Positions 47,667-57,896 of a stretch of DNA of 64,000 nucleotides are shown piece by piece. The DNA comes from an uncultured Alphaproteobacteria bacterium (GTDB taxonomy: Bacteria > Pseudomonadota > Alphaproteobacteria > Sphingomonadales > Sphingomonadaceae). Position 1 is the stretch's first letter; each line of letters begins with the position of its first letter. The stretch lies in contig CAVVRK010000006.1 of the NCBI GenBank assembly GCA_963750615.1, positions 132,017 to 196,016 on the forward strand, in the 5' to 3' direction. The position numbers were made by a program, and so were the translations under genes. A model generated the notes under the pieces. The model was not told the origin of the DNA, made no database searches, and saw nothing but the letters and a program-made list of their open reading frames with translations.

Positions 47667-48286
47667 TGTGGATAGCTCCACGATTGGTTTGCACCGTTCA
47701 CTGCGCTGTACTGCACGCTCGCAAAATCCCAATTGGCGCGTTCGCTAATAAAAGCTGTCAGGAAGCTGCCGCGATCATTTCGCCAATCGATATAATAAGC
47801 ATGTTCCCAAACATCGCATACCAACAGCGGAGTGACCTTGCCTTCAATCCAGACCAGCATTGCGTCATGTGTCGTTGAAAGCGACAATGTGCCAGCGCGG
47901 TCGGCGACGAGCCAGCACCATCCAGATCCAAATTGTCCTGAGCCCGCTTTCACAAAAGCATCGCACAATGCGCCATGGCTGCCAAAGTCCCGGATTATGG
48001 CGTCTGCCAGCGGACCCGCAGGTTTCGCTCCCGCCTCAGGTGACAAAGACATCCAGAAAAACGCGTGGTTCCATGTCTGTCCAGCAGCCTGGAACAGAGG
48101 GGTGTTACTCGTCGTTTGAGCACCACGAATGATAGCTTCAAGTGAAGCATTGGGGGCGTCATTCAAATCATTGGTCTTTTTGACATAAGCCATGAAATGC
48201 CGGTCATAATGATAGTTGAATGTTTCTGGTGATATCTGCGGTATTAATGCATCGCGAGTAAAGGGGAGAGGTGCCGGTGTAATCAT
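47663..48286 (-). CDS. sodB: Fe/Mn superoxide dismutase
   Basis: LPFTRDALIPQISPETFNYHYDRH, WNHAFFW and DVWEHAYYIDWRNDR. ATG at 48286 behind AAAGGA. Confidence 0.93.
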   Translation of the reverse strand: MITPAPLPFTRDALIPQISPETFNYHYDRHFMAYVKKTNDLNDAPNASLEAIIRGAQTTSNTPLFQAAGQTWNHAFFWMSLSPEAGAKPAGPLADAIIRDFGSHGALCDAFVKAGSGQFGSGWCWLVADRAGTLSLSTTHDAMLVWIEGKVTPLLVCDVWEHAYYIDWRNDRGSFLTAFISERANWDFASVQYSAVNGANQSWSYPQ

Positions 48287-48349
48287 GGTTTGTCCTTTCA
48301 AGGAGCAAAAATGGAAAGCGCGAACATGAGCCTCGCTAGTAATTGGGGA

Positions 48350-49933
48350 TTATTGCTCTGGCGCTGTCTCAGCCGCTTCGGCCCTGCGCTGGGACGGGCT
48401 TGGTCCAAACACAGACACAGTTGATACCAGATCGCGGCCATCTGTGATTCGCCCCCGAACTTTAATACCGGCGGCGTCAAACTTCGCCATCAGTGTCTCG
48501 AGCCTAACTTGGGCTTGTTCGCGTGTTTTTTCCCCTATCGGCATAGTCAGGCTGACAGATCGCAAGCCCCATCTTTGAATGGCCCAAACTGCCAATGCAG
48601 AGTCTGCGTCAATGGCCTCAGCAGAATTACTAATATTCAAGCTATTTTGAGCAGGCGGGATAAGCCTTACTTGCCAACCACCAGCATTGGCTTTGACCTC
48701 ATTCTCTATGTCACGATAATCGGCCAAAGTCCACCCCGGCGCCGCAATCGGGACGATGTTGACAATGCGCTCGGCGCGGTTGGTCCACAGCGATTGTACG
48801 GGAATACCAAGGCTACTGCGTATTTCGTCAAAGGGGGGGACATCCTTCGCGATACCCGTGACCGTCCGCTCCATTGCAGCGTCGACCATGGCGCGGGTTT
48901 GTGACGTGTAATCCGCCGCAACGACCTGCTGCAGGTTGAGTTCAACTTTGACGCCGAGCCGCTTCGTCAGCGCGTTTTGGACGAGCGTTTGCGCATTATT
49001 GTTGAATGTCGGCGCAATGATGACGGCTTCGATGGAAGGATTACTCCTCAACGGCCACGATATATCGAGCTGGGCAATGTTAGTGCCACGTATTCCCAGC
49101 TCCTCTTGCAGGATGTCGCGAGTTGCAGCCCGTGCCGACGCTTCGTGGGAAACGCGAAGCAGGGTCAACCCGAGCGGAGCGGCTAATGCCAAGAACGCCG
49201 CAATCCCACCGACCACGAATATGGGCGACTTTTCAACATTTCTCAGTGGCCTCGACGCTCCGCTGAGGCGAGCCATCATGGCGATCGCAAACGCTATGGT
49301 CGCGAGGTTGGTCAGGAAAAGAAGCAATGCGCCGCCTGCGAACCCCATTTGCAATGTCGCAAGGCCATAGCCGACGGTAGCGAGCGGAGGCATCAACGCT
49401 GTTGCAATAGCGACACCAATCGCGGTGGCACCCATCCGCTTCACGATTGCGTAACCTCCTGCAACCCCGGATAATAGTGCAACCAGCAGATCAAGGAGCG
49501 TCGGTTCGGTCCGAGCGATGATTTCAGAAGTCGCGTTACGGATCGGGCTGAGCCAAGTCAACAGAACTGCCGTGAGGATGCCAATTGCGGCACCGATTAT
49601 CACCACCTTGGCCGCTTCGCGGATGCGCTTGCCGTCGATTGAGGCAAAGCCAAAGCCGAGAGCGACAATCGGCGACATCAAAGGCGAGACCAGCATCGCC
49701 CCGATCACTACAGCGGGCGAACCCTGCAATAGGCCAAGCGTTGCGATCCCGGCGGACAATCCGCACATCAGCATGTAGCCGGATGTTGCAGCTCCATCAG
49801 CCTGAACCTGCGCCCGCAGTTCCTTCCCGGTTTCACCGGCAAGGTCGGGCAAAAGCAAATACCGCGCCGCCCTCTCGCGCCATTGCACTATTCTACTCTT
49901 CCAATTCTCGAAATCCATTGCCGACGCGTTCAT
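48350..49933 (-). CDS. DUF389 domain membrane protein
   Basis: GAMLVSPLMSPI and repeated hydrophobic blocks are typical of DUF389. The start was set to the ATG at 49933 behind AGGGGG (ORF extends to 50005). Confidence 0.7.
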   Translation of the reverse strand: MNASAMDFENWKSRIVQWRERAARYLLLPDLAGETGKELRAQVQADGAATSGYMLMCGLSAGIATLGLLQGSPAVVIGAMLVSPLMSPIVALGFGFASIDGKRIREAAKVVIIGAAIGILTAVLLTWLSPIRNATSEIIARTEPTLLDLLVALLSGVAGGYAIVKRMGATAIGVAIATALMPPLATVGYGLATLQMGFAGGALLLFLTNLATIAFAIAMMARLSGASRPLRNVEKSPIFVVGGIAAFLALAAPLGLTLLRVSHEASARAATRDILQEELGIRGTNIAQLDISWPLRSNPSIEAVIIAPTFNNNAQTLVQNALTKRLGVKVELNLQQVVAADYTSQTRAMVDAAMERTVTGIAKDVPPFDEIRSSLGIPVQSLWTNRAERIVNIVPIAAPGWTLADYRDIENEVKANAGGWQVRLIPPAQNSLNISNSAEAIDADSALAVWAIQRWGLRSVSLTMPIGEKTREQAQVRLETLMAKFDAAGIKVRGRITDGRDLVSTVSVFGPSPSQRRAEAAETAPEQ

Positions 49934-50220
49934 GCTGTCACCCCCTTTTCTCTGGAAAGCGGCCGCCAATACAATCAGGACGGCGGCGGCATTGTAGAGC
50001 GACAATCCCGGCTAATTCATTTGCTAGCTACTCTTCCTTTTCAAAAGGGACGTCCAGTGTTAGCTGCGTCTTGACAGTCCTGTCGCGGAAATCATCTTTT
50101 CACATTGGTCGTAAAACGCAATAGCCCGGTAATAACAAGGCGACTCTACTCGGATGAATTTTGACTTGTTGGAATGGCTTTGGAAATTCCGGACAGTTCT
50201 TGACCGGGTGGCTGCAATTT

Positions 50221-50664
50221 TTACTTTTTGGATTTTTTCCGAAGCGATGTCTCCGCCTGTCGGATCAGAACGGCCGCCGAATTCTGTCGAGCCTTAGCCT
50301 CGCGTCTTGCGTTGCGCGCAGCGTCGAGGCGCTCACGACTTTTGGTACATACCCGTTCGGCAACATCCCAACGGCCAGCCGCCAGGCGGAGTTGCGCGAC
50401 ATATTCCAGGGCAGCGGCAGATTTCCGCAGTTTCGGTATTGTCTGACGGGCAAAAAGATAGTCACGATAGCTATTTTGGTTTTCCAGTTGCGCAGTATAG
50501 AGCGCTTGCTCTGCTTTAGTCACCTGCTGGTCCGCGATATTGAATGCCCGATTGGCTTTTTGTCGTGCTGCTTTGGCACGGCTTAACACTTCCATCGCAT
50601 CAACGCGCTGGGCATCTGCCTCGGTCATCGAGAATAGTTGCATTATCCTTTTTAGCATTTCCAA
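50221..50664 (-). CDS. hypothetical coiled-coil protein (147 aa)
   Basis: ORF only. Charged, helical composition. Confidence 0.4.
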   Translation of the reverse strand: MEMLKRIMQLFSMTEADAQRVDAMEVLSRAKAARQKANRAFNIADQQVTKAEQALYTAQLENQNSYRDYLFARQTIPKLRKSAAALEYVAQLRLAAGRWDVAERVCTKSRERLDAARNARREAKARQNSAAVLIRQAETSLRKKSKK

Positions 50665-50762
50665 CTCCTACTATTTTGCTGGGCACTTAATTACGCCGCC
50701 AGCCGCGCGGAATAGCCGGCAGTCTCTCTATGAACCGGTCAGACTGTGACGAAGGCAAGTGC

Positions 50763-51689
50763 CTAAAGATTAGTGATCCGATCATCTGCCGATCCCATTG
50801 GTATTGTTCTTATATGTATATCACGTTGGGGAAATGGGATTTCGATCTTGTTTTCGCGAAACAATATCCACAATCTGTTCAATATCTCGGACTGGATATT
50901 GCCCACACCATCCTCCGGATCGCTGATCCAAACCAAAATGTCATGATCGACCGAATTGTCGCCAAAGCTTTTTAGCCACACTGAAGGGCTGGGCTCCTTC
51001 AATACCCGGCTCGGCTTTGAAGCCGCTTCGATCATCAGCTTTTGCGCCAAAGCCAGATCGCTCGAATAGGCGACCCCTATGGGGATTCTGATGCGGACAT
51101 TGCGGCTTGAATAGGACCAGTTCTCGACGCGTTCGGTCATCAGCAACTCATTCGGGATCAAGTGCTCCTTCCCGTCGCGCGTTATAACCGAGACGGCTCG
51201 AATACCGATCTTGTTTATTGCGCCGAATGTGTCACCCACGACGATCACATCACCTGGCTTAACTGACTTGTCCATCAACAGAATCAATCCAGCAATCAGG
51301 TTGCCAAGGGTCTTTTGCAAACCAAAACCGACTGCCAAGCCCAATGCGCCAGAGAAAACAGCCAGAGCCGTGAGGTCAATGCCGAGAAGATCAATACCGA
51401 TCATGACGGCAATCGTAACGACCCCGATACCCGACAGCTTTTGCAGCAAAGCCTTTTGCGAGAGATCAAGCCGCTCGGTTCGCTTAATCAGCCGAGAAGC
51501 AAAGCGCATTACTAAACGGGCGCCAACGTACAGTACGACCAAAACGACAAGTGCCGACACGATGTCCAGTACTGAGGTCCGGTGCTGCCCCCAGCTTACC
51601 GCCCAGCTGTCAAGATAAGTGGTAAAGCGCGTCCAGCCCTTTGCTGCTCCCGATACTGTCATGATATTCATCGTATCTCTCTTTTGCAT
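50763..51689 (-). CDS. mscS: small-conductance mechanosensitive channel (MscS family)
   Basis: TM helices followed by VKPGDVIVVGDTFGAINKIGIRAVSVITRDGKEHLIPNE. Confidence 0.88.
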   Translation of the reverse strand: MQKRDTMNIMTVSGAAKGWTRFTTYLDSWAVSWGQHRTSVLDIVSALVVLVVLYVGARLVMRFASRLIKRTERLDLSQKALLQKLSGIGVVTIAVMIGIDLLGIDLTALAVFSGALGLAVGFGLQKTLGNLIAGLILLMDKSVKPGDVIVVGDTFGAINKIGIRAVSVITRDGKEHLIPNELLMTERVENWSYSSRNVRIRIPIGVAYSSDLALAQKLMIEAASKPSRVLKEPSPSVWLKSFGDNSVDHDILVWISDPEDGVGNIQSEILNRLWILFRENKIEIPFPQRDIHIRTIPMGSADDRITNL

Positions 51690-51701
51690 TCGGGCCCGGC
51701 G

Positions 51702-53495
51702 TTAAAGTTGATACCGCCACACAAGGAGTGCCGACAGCGTAACCACCATAATAATCACCAGCGGAATGCCGGTCTTGGTGTAATCCTTGAACTGATAGTC
51801 GCCCGCTGACATGATCAGCATATTGGTCTGATAGGCTACAGGTGTCGCATAACACAGGTTACAGCCAAACAGCACCGCCAGCACCAGTGGTTCAACAGGA
51901 ATACCAAGTTGCTTGGCAAGGCTGAACGCGATTGGTGTCCCGACGGCTGCGGCGGTCGTATTCGACGCAAAGTTTGTCAAGATAGTTACGAATAGCATAA
52001 TCGCCGCCAAAACGCCAGCGGGCGGCAAATATTGCAAACCAATCGCCAAAAGCTGGCTCAGCCATTCGGCCGCCCCGCTATCAAGGATGATTTTACCAAC
52101 GACGATGCTAGCCGCCACGAGAACAACGACTTTGGCCGACAACGCTTTGCCGACGCGATCAAATTTCACACAGCCTGTCAAAAACATCACAATCGCCCCG
52201 GCCAGCGCAGATATGGCGATTGGCACAAGACCAAGGCTGGCTGGCAGCACAGCCCCCGCCATGATGGCCAGCGCCAACGGCGCTTTGGCTGTGCGCGGCA
52301 ATTCCTTTGCCCCTTCGAGAATGAGCAAACTCTGCTCGCGGGCCAAATTTTGAAGATTAGCTATCGTGCCCGAAACCAGGATGATGTCACCGGCCCCAAG
52401 CGGCGTGCGCGCATTTTGGACCGACCCGTCCCGGTGCCAGAAATGCTTGGCGTCATGTACCCCGAGAATTGCAACTTGGTAGTTGGCAACACCCGATGTT
52501 TCGACGGTCTTTCCGACCAGATCGGATTCCGCCGTCACAGAGAGCTCCGCCACGGCAAGATCCTCACCGGACTTGCCATATTCCGCCTTCAGCCGGTCCA
52601 GCAACCATCGCGGTGCAGTGGCAGCTTCCAGCATGCGCGCTGTTTCTTCCAGCGAAGCGTGCGATGTGAAAATCCCTATTCTCCGCGCGCTACCGGTGCG
52701 TTCATCCGAGCCGTCGTCAATCTTTACGTCAGAGGGCAAAAGCGCCTTTAAGGTGTCGAGTGATTCCGCGAACATTGGTGAACCATTGGCAATACGCAAC
52801 GTCGAGTAAAAGCGGCGAGGTTCATGCCCGATCTCGACCGAATTGTCAGGTAATAGGCGCGGCATTACCAGCCAGATAAACGGAATCGCAACCAACGCCG
52901 CCATCAGGACAATAGGGGTGAAGTGGAAAACACCCATGGGCGGAAGACCCAGGTCGGTTGCAATGGACACCACCAGCAGGTTTGTCGATGTGCCAATGGT
53001 AGTCGCCATCCCGCCGATGAGAACAGAGGCATTTATAGGGATCAGCGTTTTTGATGCGGGCATACCGCCATTGGTTGCGAGTGCTGCCATGATCGGCAGC
53101 AGCAACACCAGAACCGGGGTATCGTTGACCAGCATGCTCATCAGCATTGCCATCAGCAAGGTAACGATCAGCCCCAATTGCGTGTTGATACGCCAAACGC
53201 GGGTCAACGCGCGGGCTGCAGGATCCAGCGCGCCAGTCGTCACGAGCCCACGCCCCATCACCATCAGGGCGCAAATCGTAATCAACGCATAATGGCCGAA
53301 ACCACCAAAAGCGAGCTTGAGGCCATCGGTCGGACTTTGTCCGGGCAAGGGGAAAGCATAGAGACCAAGCGCAATTGCACTGATAGTCAAAAGCGAAATA
53401 ATCTCGACCTTTAGCCGTCCGGAGACAAAGCCATAGAACATTGCGATTGTGAGTGCGATGGCCGCAGCCGCATGGGGAGAAGGTAACTCAATCAT
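51702..53495 (-). CDS. SLC13/DASS-family permease with two internal TrkA-C domains
   Basis: 597 aa with hydrophobic N and C halves and a soluble central part carrying TrkA_C-like repeats. Start overlaps the K+ channel stop. Confidence 0.8.
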   Translation of the reverse strand: MIELPSPHAAAAIALTIAMFYGFVSGRLKVEIISLLTISAIALGLYAFPLPGQSPTDGLKLAFGGFGHYALITICALMVMGRGLVTTGALDPAARALTRVWRINTQLGLIVTLLMAMLMSMLVNDTPVLVLLLPIMAALATNGGMPASKTLIPINASVLIGGMATTIGTSTNLLVVSIATDLGLPPMGVFHFTPIVLMAALVAIPFIWLVMPRLLPDNSVEIGHEPRRFYSTLRIANGSPMFAESLDTLKALLPSDVKIDDGSDERTGSARRIGIFTSHASLEETARMLEAATAPRWLLDRLKAEYGKSGEDLAVAELSVTAESDLVGKTVETSGVANYQVAILGVHDAKHFWHRDGSVQNARTPLGAGDIILVSGTIANLQNLAREQSLLILEGAKELPRTAKAPLALAIMAGAVLPASLGLVPIAISALAGAIVMFLTGCVKFDRVGKALSAKVVVLVAASIVVGKIILDSGAAEWLSQLLAIGLQYLPPAGVLAAIMLFVTILTNFASNTTAAAVGTPIAFSLAKQLGIPVEPLVLAVLFGCNLCYATPVAYQTNMLIMSAGDYQFKDYTKTGIPLVIIMVVTLSALLVWRYQL

Positions 53496-54541
53496 TCCGG
53501 AGATGCCCCGTTCACGCTTACGACTTCGATGATTATGTCATTCTGCATGAGGGCTTCCGAGGCCGTTTCCCAGAATCCGATTGCTTTGCCGGAACGAAGA
53601 ACACGCAGGCCAACACCCGTTGCTATTCCTCTGAGCGGGGTTCCTACCTCTTCGGCACGAGCCGTTCGTTCGCGAAGCACCACCCGCCCGTCGGATGCAG
53701 CAAGATCGCGCAGATAATCGACCGCGTGATGGTGCGCCGATGACCGCGCCAGAAGATGTCCGCCTAGGCTAACCGGGTTAATCACAATGTCTGCGCCCGC
53801 TTGATAAAGAAGACTCTCATTTTCCTGCGCGCGAACAGTCGCACTGATCTTGATATGCGCGTTCAATTGCCGCGCCGAAAGCACGACCAGCGCCGTCGCA
53901 TCGTCCTTACCGGTTGCCACAAGAAGTGCAGTGGCGGTCGAGATTCGGGCGGCTTTCAGAACGGTATTGGTGCGCGCGTCGCCTAAGAGGCCGATCAACC
54001 CGAGTGCAGTCGCCTCGTCTATCCGTTCCTGCGACGGATCAATGGCGATAATGTTCTCGCATGGATGTCCGATACGCAGCAACTCTGCCGCCGCCCTTTC
54101 GCCGCCCGCGCCAAAGCCGCAGATGATAGTATGCCCCTTGAGTGTTCGTCTGGTCATGCGTGTTTTGAATTGCTCCCATTGATGTTGTAGCACGAACGTA
54201 TAAGCAGTCCCGAGAAATATGAGCCAAACGAATATCCTGACTGGTGTCACCACAAAGGTGTCGAACATACGCGCCCGGTCTGTGACCGGTACTATATCGC
54301 CATAGCCAACAGTGGTAACCGTGACAGCCGTAAAATAGACGACATCGACGAACGAAACCTGGCCATCGACATTGTCGCGCAAGCCGCCCCGATCAAGCCA
54401 GTGCCCGCCCAGCGCAATGCCGATCATGCCGAACACGATCAATGCGCGCACTGCCAATGCCTGCCAGACGCTCAGGCGCGGCTGGCGCTGGAACGCCAGT
54501 TTTGGTGACGTAGATGCGTCGGTCGGGATCAGTGGTTTCAT
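53492..54541 (-). CDS. potassium channel protein with RCK/TrkA-N domain
   Basis: Selectivity filter TVTTVGYGD, followed by the Rossmann motif IICGFGAGG. Confidence 0.88.
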   Translation of the reverse strand: MKPLIPTDASTSPKLAFQRQPRLSVWQALAVRALIVFGMIGIALGGHWLDRGGLRDNVDGQVSFVDVVYFTAVTVTTVGYGDIVPVTDRARMFDTFVVTPVRIFVWLIFLGTAYTFVLQHQWEQFKTRMTRRTLKGHTIICGFGAGGERAAAELLRIGHPCENIIAIDPSQERIDEATALGLIGLLGDARTNTVLKAARISTATALLVATGKDDATALVVLSARQLNAHIKISATVRAQENESLLYQAGADIVINPVSLGGHLLARSSAHHHAVDYLRDLAASDGRVVLRERTARAEEVGTPLRGIATGVGLRVLRSGKAIGFWETASEALMQNDIIIEVVSVNGASPE

Positions 54542-54691
54542 TCTCCTAAAATGCCTCTCCGATCACAACTGAAGTTCGAAGGGAACATCCAGCTGCTTGG
54601 TTCTGCCGCACAATACCGGGTAGGTAAATGAAAACCGATCAAATGGCCCGGTTGCCATTTTCCTAAAACCCACCGCCGGAACCATCCCACA

Positions 54692-56308
54692 CTAGCCGAC
54701 GCTTTGCGGGCTAAACCTGGTCGCTTGAGCCATTTGCCAATTTTTCTGGAAATATTGATGCAAACATTGTCCGTTTAATAGTTCCCCGGGCTTTAGAAAA
54801 ACATGCATCTGATCAAATTGCCGCACTTCAATGGGGCTGATCCGATGTGCCACATGGTGTGGTTGCAGATCGTCGGGATGGGATAATCCAGCCGCCGCCA
54901 GCATGTCAGCCAACGCGCCTAAGGTTTGATCGTGAAATTGCCTGACCCGCTCGGCTTTGTCCGGCACGACGAGGGCGCGCTGTCGCGACTTATCCTGCGT
55001 TGCAACGCCCGTGGGACATCGGTTGGTGTGGCAATTCATCGACTGAATGCAGCCAAGGGCAAACATATACCCTCGTGCCGAATTGGTCCAATCGGCCCCA
55101 ATGGCGAGGACCGTTGCAAGGTCAAATGCGCTGATGATTTTCCCCGCAGCCCCAATTTTTATGCGGTCCCGAAGATCGGCGCCGATTAAAACATTGTGCA
55201 CGAACAAAAGTCCCTCGCGCATCGGCATGCCGATACGGTTGGTGAACTCTGCAGGGGCTGCACCCGTGCCTCCTTCACCACCATCAACGACCACGAAATC
55301 AGGCACAATGCCGCTTTCTAGCATGGCCTTCACAATTGCCATAAATTCCCATGGTTGACCGATGCAGAGTTTGAAGCCAACGGGTTTCCCGCCTGACAGC
55401 GTGCGCAACTGGCCGACGAACGCCATCAATTCAAGCGGTGTGTTGAAGGCCGAATGGCGTGCGGGTGAGATGCAATCCTCGCCAATCGCTATCCCGCGTG
55501 CCTCGGCGATTTCGGCGGTTACTTTTCTAGCTGGTAATATCCCGCCATGCCCCGGCTTCGCTCCTTGGCTCAGCTTGATCTCGATCATCTTGATCTGCGG
55601 AACGGTTGCCTGTGCGGCGAATTTAACGGGGTCAAAACGCCCATCGATTGATCGGCAACCAAAATAGCCGCTTGCAATTTCCCAGACGAGATCGCCGCCA
55701 AATTCTTGGTGGTGTGGACTTACACCGCCTTCGCCCGTGTCATGATAGAATCCGCCCTCGGCAGCGCCTTTGTTGAGTGCACGAATAGCATTGGCTGATA
55801 GCGAACCAAAGCTCATTGCCGAGATGTTGAACACGCTTGCTGAATATGGCTGTTTACATTGATTGTTCCCTATGATCGTACGAAACGTCTTTGGGTCGGC
55901 CCTATCTGATGGCAACACCGAATGCTGGATGAATTCATAACCATCGGCATAGACATCAAACATAGTACCAAAGGGTTGGTCTGCCGAAATCGCTTTCGAC
56001 CGCTTATAGACCAGCGACCGTTGAGCGCGCGAAAAAGGCGTTTGCTCGTTTTCGCCCTCCAAAAGATATTGCCGGATCTCCGGTCTGATCATCTCGATTA
56101 TCCAGCGGACATGGCCAATCACCGGATAATTTCGAAGTATCGAATGGCGGGGCTGCGAAATATTCCAAATGCCCAGTAGGCTTAAGGCTCCGAAAACGAA
56201 AGAAAATATCCATCCCCATACGCTCGTTAGCCCCATGAACAACGCAACGCCAAATGATATGACGCAAAATATCCAGAATGCGTATCGGCCCTGGCCTAGG
56301 TTTTTCAT
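54692..56308 (-). CDS. FMN-binding glutamate synthase family protein (GltB domain-2-like), membrane-anchored
   Basis: 538 aa with two N-terminal TM helices, VVDGGEGGTGAAP, and the cysteine pattern CIQSMNCHTNRCPTGV. Confidence 0.85.
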   Translation of the reverse strand: MKNLGQGRYAFWIFCVISFGVALFMGLTSVWGWIFSFVFGALSLLGIWNISQPRHSILRNYPVIGHVRWIIEMIRPEIRQYLLEGENEQTPFSRAQRSLVYKRSKAISADQPFGTMFDVYADGYEFIQHSVLPSDRADPKTFRTIIGNNQCKQPYSASVFNISAMSFGSLSANAIRALNKGAAEGGFYHDTGEGGVSPHHQEFGGDLVWEIASGYFGCRSIDGRFDPVKFAAQATVPQIKMIEIKLSQGAKPGHGGILPARKVTAEIAEARGIAIGEDCISPARHSAFNTPLELMAFVGQLRTLSGGKPVGFKLCIGQPWEFMAIVKAMLESGIVPDFVVVDGGEGGTGAAPAEFTNRIGMPMREGLLFVHNVLIGADLRDRIKIGAAGKIISAFDLATVLAIGADWTNSARGYMFALGCIQSMNCHTNRCPTGVATQDKSRQRALVVPDKAERVRQFHDQTLGALADMLAAAGLSHPDDLQPHHVAHRISPIEVRQFDQMHVFLKPGELLNGQCLHQYFQKNWQMAQATRFSPQSVG

Positions 56309-56523
56309 TAAACACCCCTTCGTGAAGGCGGCGACTTACATGCCAGCCCCAGAATTGTAGCAGCTTACGTTTTGCAAGCGCGTTTAACAAAGCAAATTGG
56401 GGGCATAAGCTGAAATGAAATACGTGATAACTGGGTAGTATCTCATGTTGGAAATTAGCGACCAGCCTATCGCCATCACGCCGCTGCTTCTATATGCTTA
56501 GTGCAAAGCAAAGGAATCTGATA

Positions 56524-56700
56524 ATGAAAGTTATAGTTTGGATTGAAGTCCCCGAAGCAGATCCTTTCGGTCATCAATCCGAAGTTGAGGATGAAACGGC
56601 TATTGCAGATTGCCTGAGAGATGCTCTTGAAGAATTTCATGTAGCGCGCCCCGGTCAAAGTCTGTTCAATGTGCCAATCAGAATTGAGCAACATCCCTAA
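56524..56700 (+). CDS. hypothetical small acidic protein (58 aa)
   Basis: ORF 56494..56700 trimmed to MKVIVWIEVPEAD... Weak support. Confidence 0.3.
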   Translation: MKVIVWIEVPEADPFGHQSEVEDETAIADCLRDALEEFHVARPGQSLFNVPIRIEQHP

Positions 56701-57034
56701 ACGTGCCAACCGACGCCTTGCAGTGATGATAGGCAAGATTGCGACTGGTGAGGACGAAGATCAATCTGACGCACAGCCAATAATTGTGATAGGCGGTTAT
56801 CTACATTATTTAGGCAACAATGTTCAAAAAATGTCCAATTAGATTGAATAGCTGGCGGTAAGATTATTGATGTTCAAAGCCGAACAAGACATCTACTTCC
56901 CGAAACTATGTTTCAGGGTGGGTGATTACTCTGAAAGTCCAAGACTAATGAACTGTCACTAACTACGATAGTTTCTACAAAACTAGATTTTCTGGACCGT
57001 CGAATAAATCGGCCATATCAATTTACGAGATGTT

Positions 57035-57177
57035 ATGTCCGCTTTTTGGTACATTCAGCTTCAGCTATAATGACTTCATTAGGGCGTGAAGTTACCGTCA
57101 CGTCAATCGTCCTAAATGGCTGCTTTTGGCTTCCATGACCCGAAAGCCGACATTCCGGAATCCACAACATTCCGGTC
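57035..57177 (+). repeat. long cassette-boundary-type repeat near the island right end (outlier)
   Basis: Starts ATGTCCGC and ends ...AAAGCCGACATTCCGGAATCCACAACATTCCGGTC. The following ~120 nt (GTTAGCTGCCGT...GACGAAGGGCAG...) parallel 35128-35180. Confidence 0.45.
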
Positions 57178-57785
57178 ATAAGGGCAACAATTTCAAGGCA
57201 TGTTAGCTGCCGTTGGTTCACCGATTGGACGAAGGGCAGGTTTTGCGAACTGCAAAGCTCTTAACGAACGTCCGAAAAGTTAGCTGAAAGCTGCCGAGCG
57301 CTAATATCGCCAGAACGCTGTTTACATCATGCCAAAATTTATCCCCAAAATTAGGTAGTTAGAGGGGGCTGGGTTTGTCTGCACAGGGCGAAGTTGGAAA
57401 GGCTACGCAGGCAAATCAAAAACGCTTTAAAGAATGCGGCGCTCGTTTACCTCGATTGGAGACCGACGATATCGTTAGACTTAAAACCGAAGCTCGAAAT
57501 TGGAAAGCCTGCGCTTTGAAGGTCTGACCACGGTGTCTTGGCAACGTTTCATGCTCGAACAAATCTCAGCCGTTCTTCTCTGTGCATATTTAGGGCATTT
57601 AACTAACGTCACTATTGTCACTTACGTCAAGCAGAGTCGCCGTTCGTGTTGCGATGCAAATCGTGTGTAATTGTGCCCGGCATTACACGGATGTTCGCGG
57701 AATGTTCTAGACATCCTTGTTGGTCCAAATCTTATATATATCAATAGCTACGGTCAAATATAGTATCATTGGGAATGTTAAAAAC

Positions 57786-57845
57786 ACAGACTTAAAATCT
57801 GTTGTCCGTAAGGGCGTGCGGGTTCGAGTCCCGCCATCCGCACCA
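57786..57845 (+). repeat. attR-side direct repeat (copy of tRNA-Leu 3' 60 nt)
   Basis: 60/60 identical to 11521-11580. The 5' 26 nt of a tRNA are missing, so this is not a gene. Confidence 0.9.
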
Positions 57846-57896
57846 TTGGCCTAAGGATCCCAACACGGCCATTCAATTGCGTGGCGCCTGCCGACG

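Larger units (their letters stand above)
11581..57845. mobile_element. ~46 kb tRNA-Leu-integrated genomic island (mobilizable-island-like)
   Basis: Perfect 60-bp direct repeat of the tRNA 3' end at both ends. A tyrosine integrase sits right next to the intact tRNA. Cargo includes relaxase, R-M, IS, MITEs and a cassette-like array. Confidence 0.8.

Noticed and set aside
57786-57845. Second tRNA-Leu gene
   Set aside because: Only the 3' 60 nt are present (from the anticodon stem onward), with no acceptor 5' strand or D-arm. It is the att duplication.
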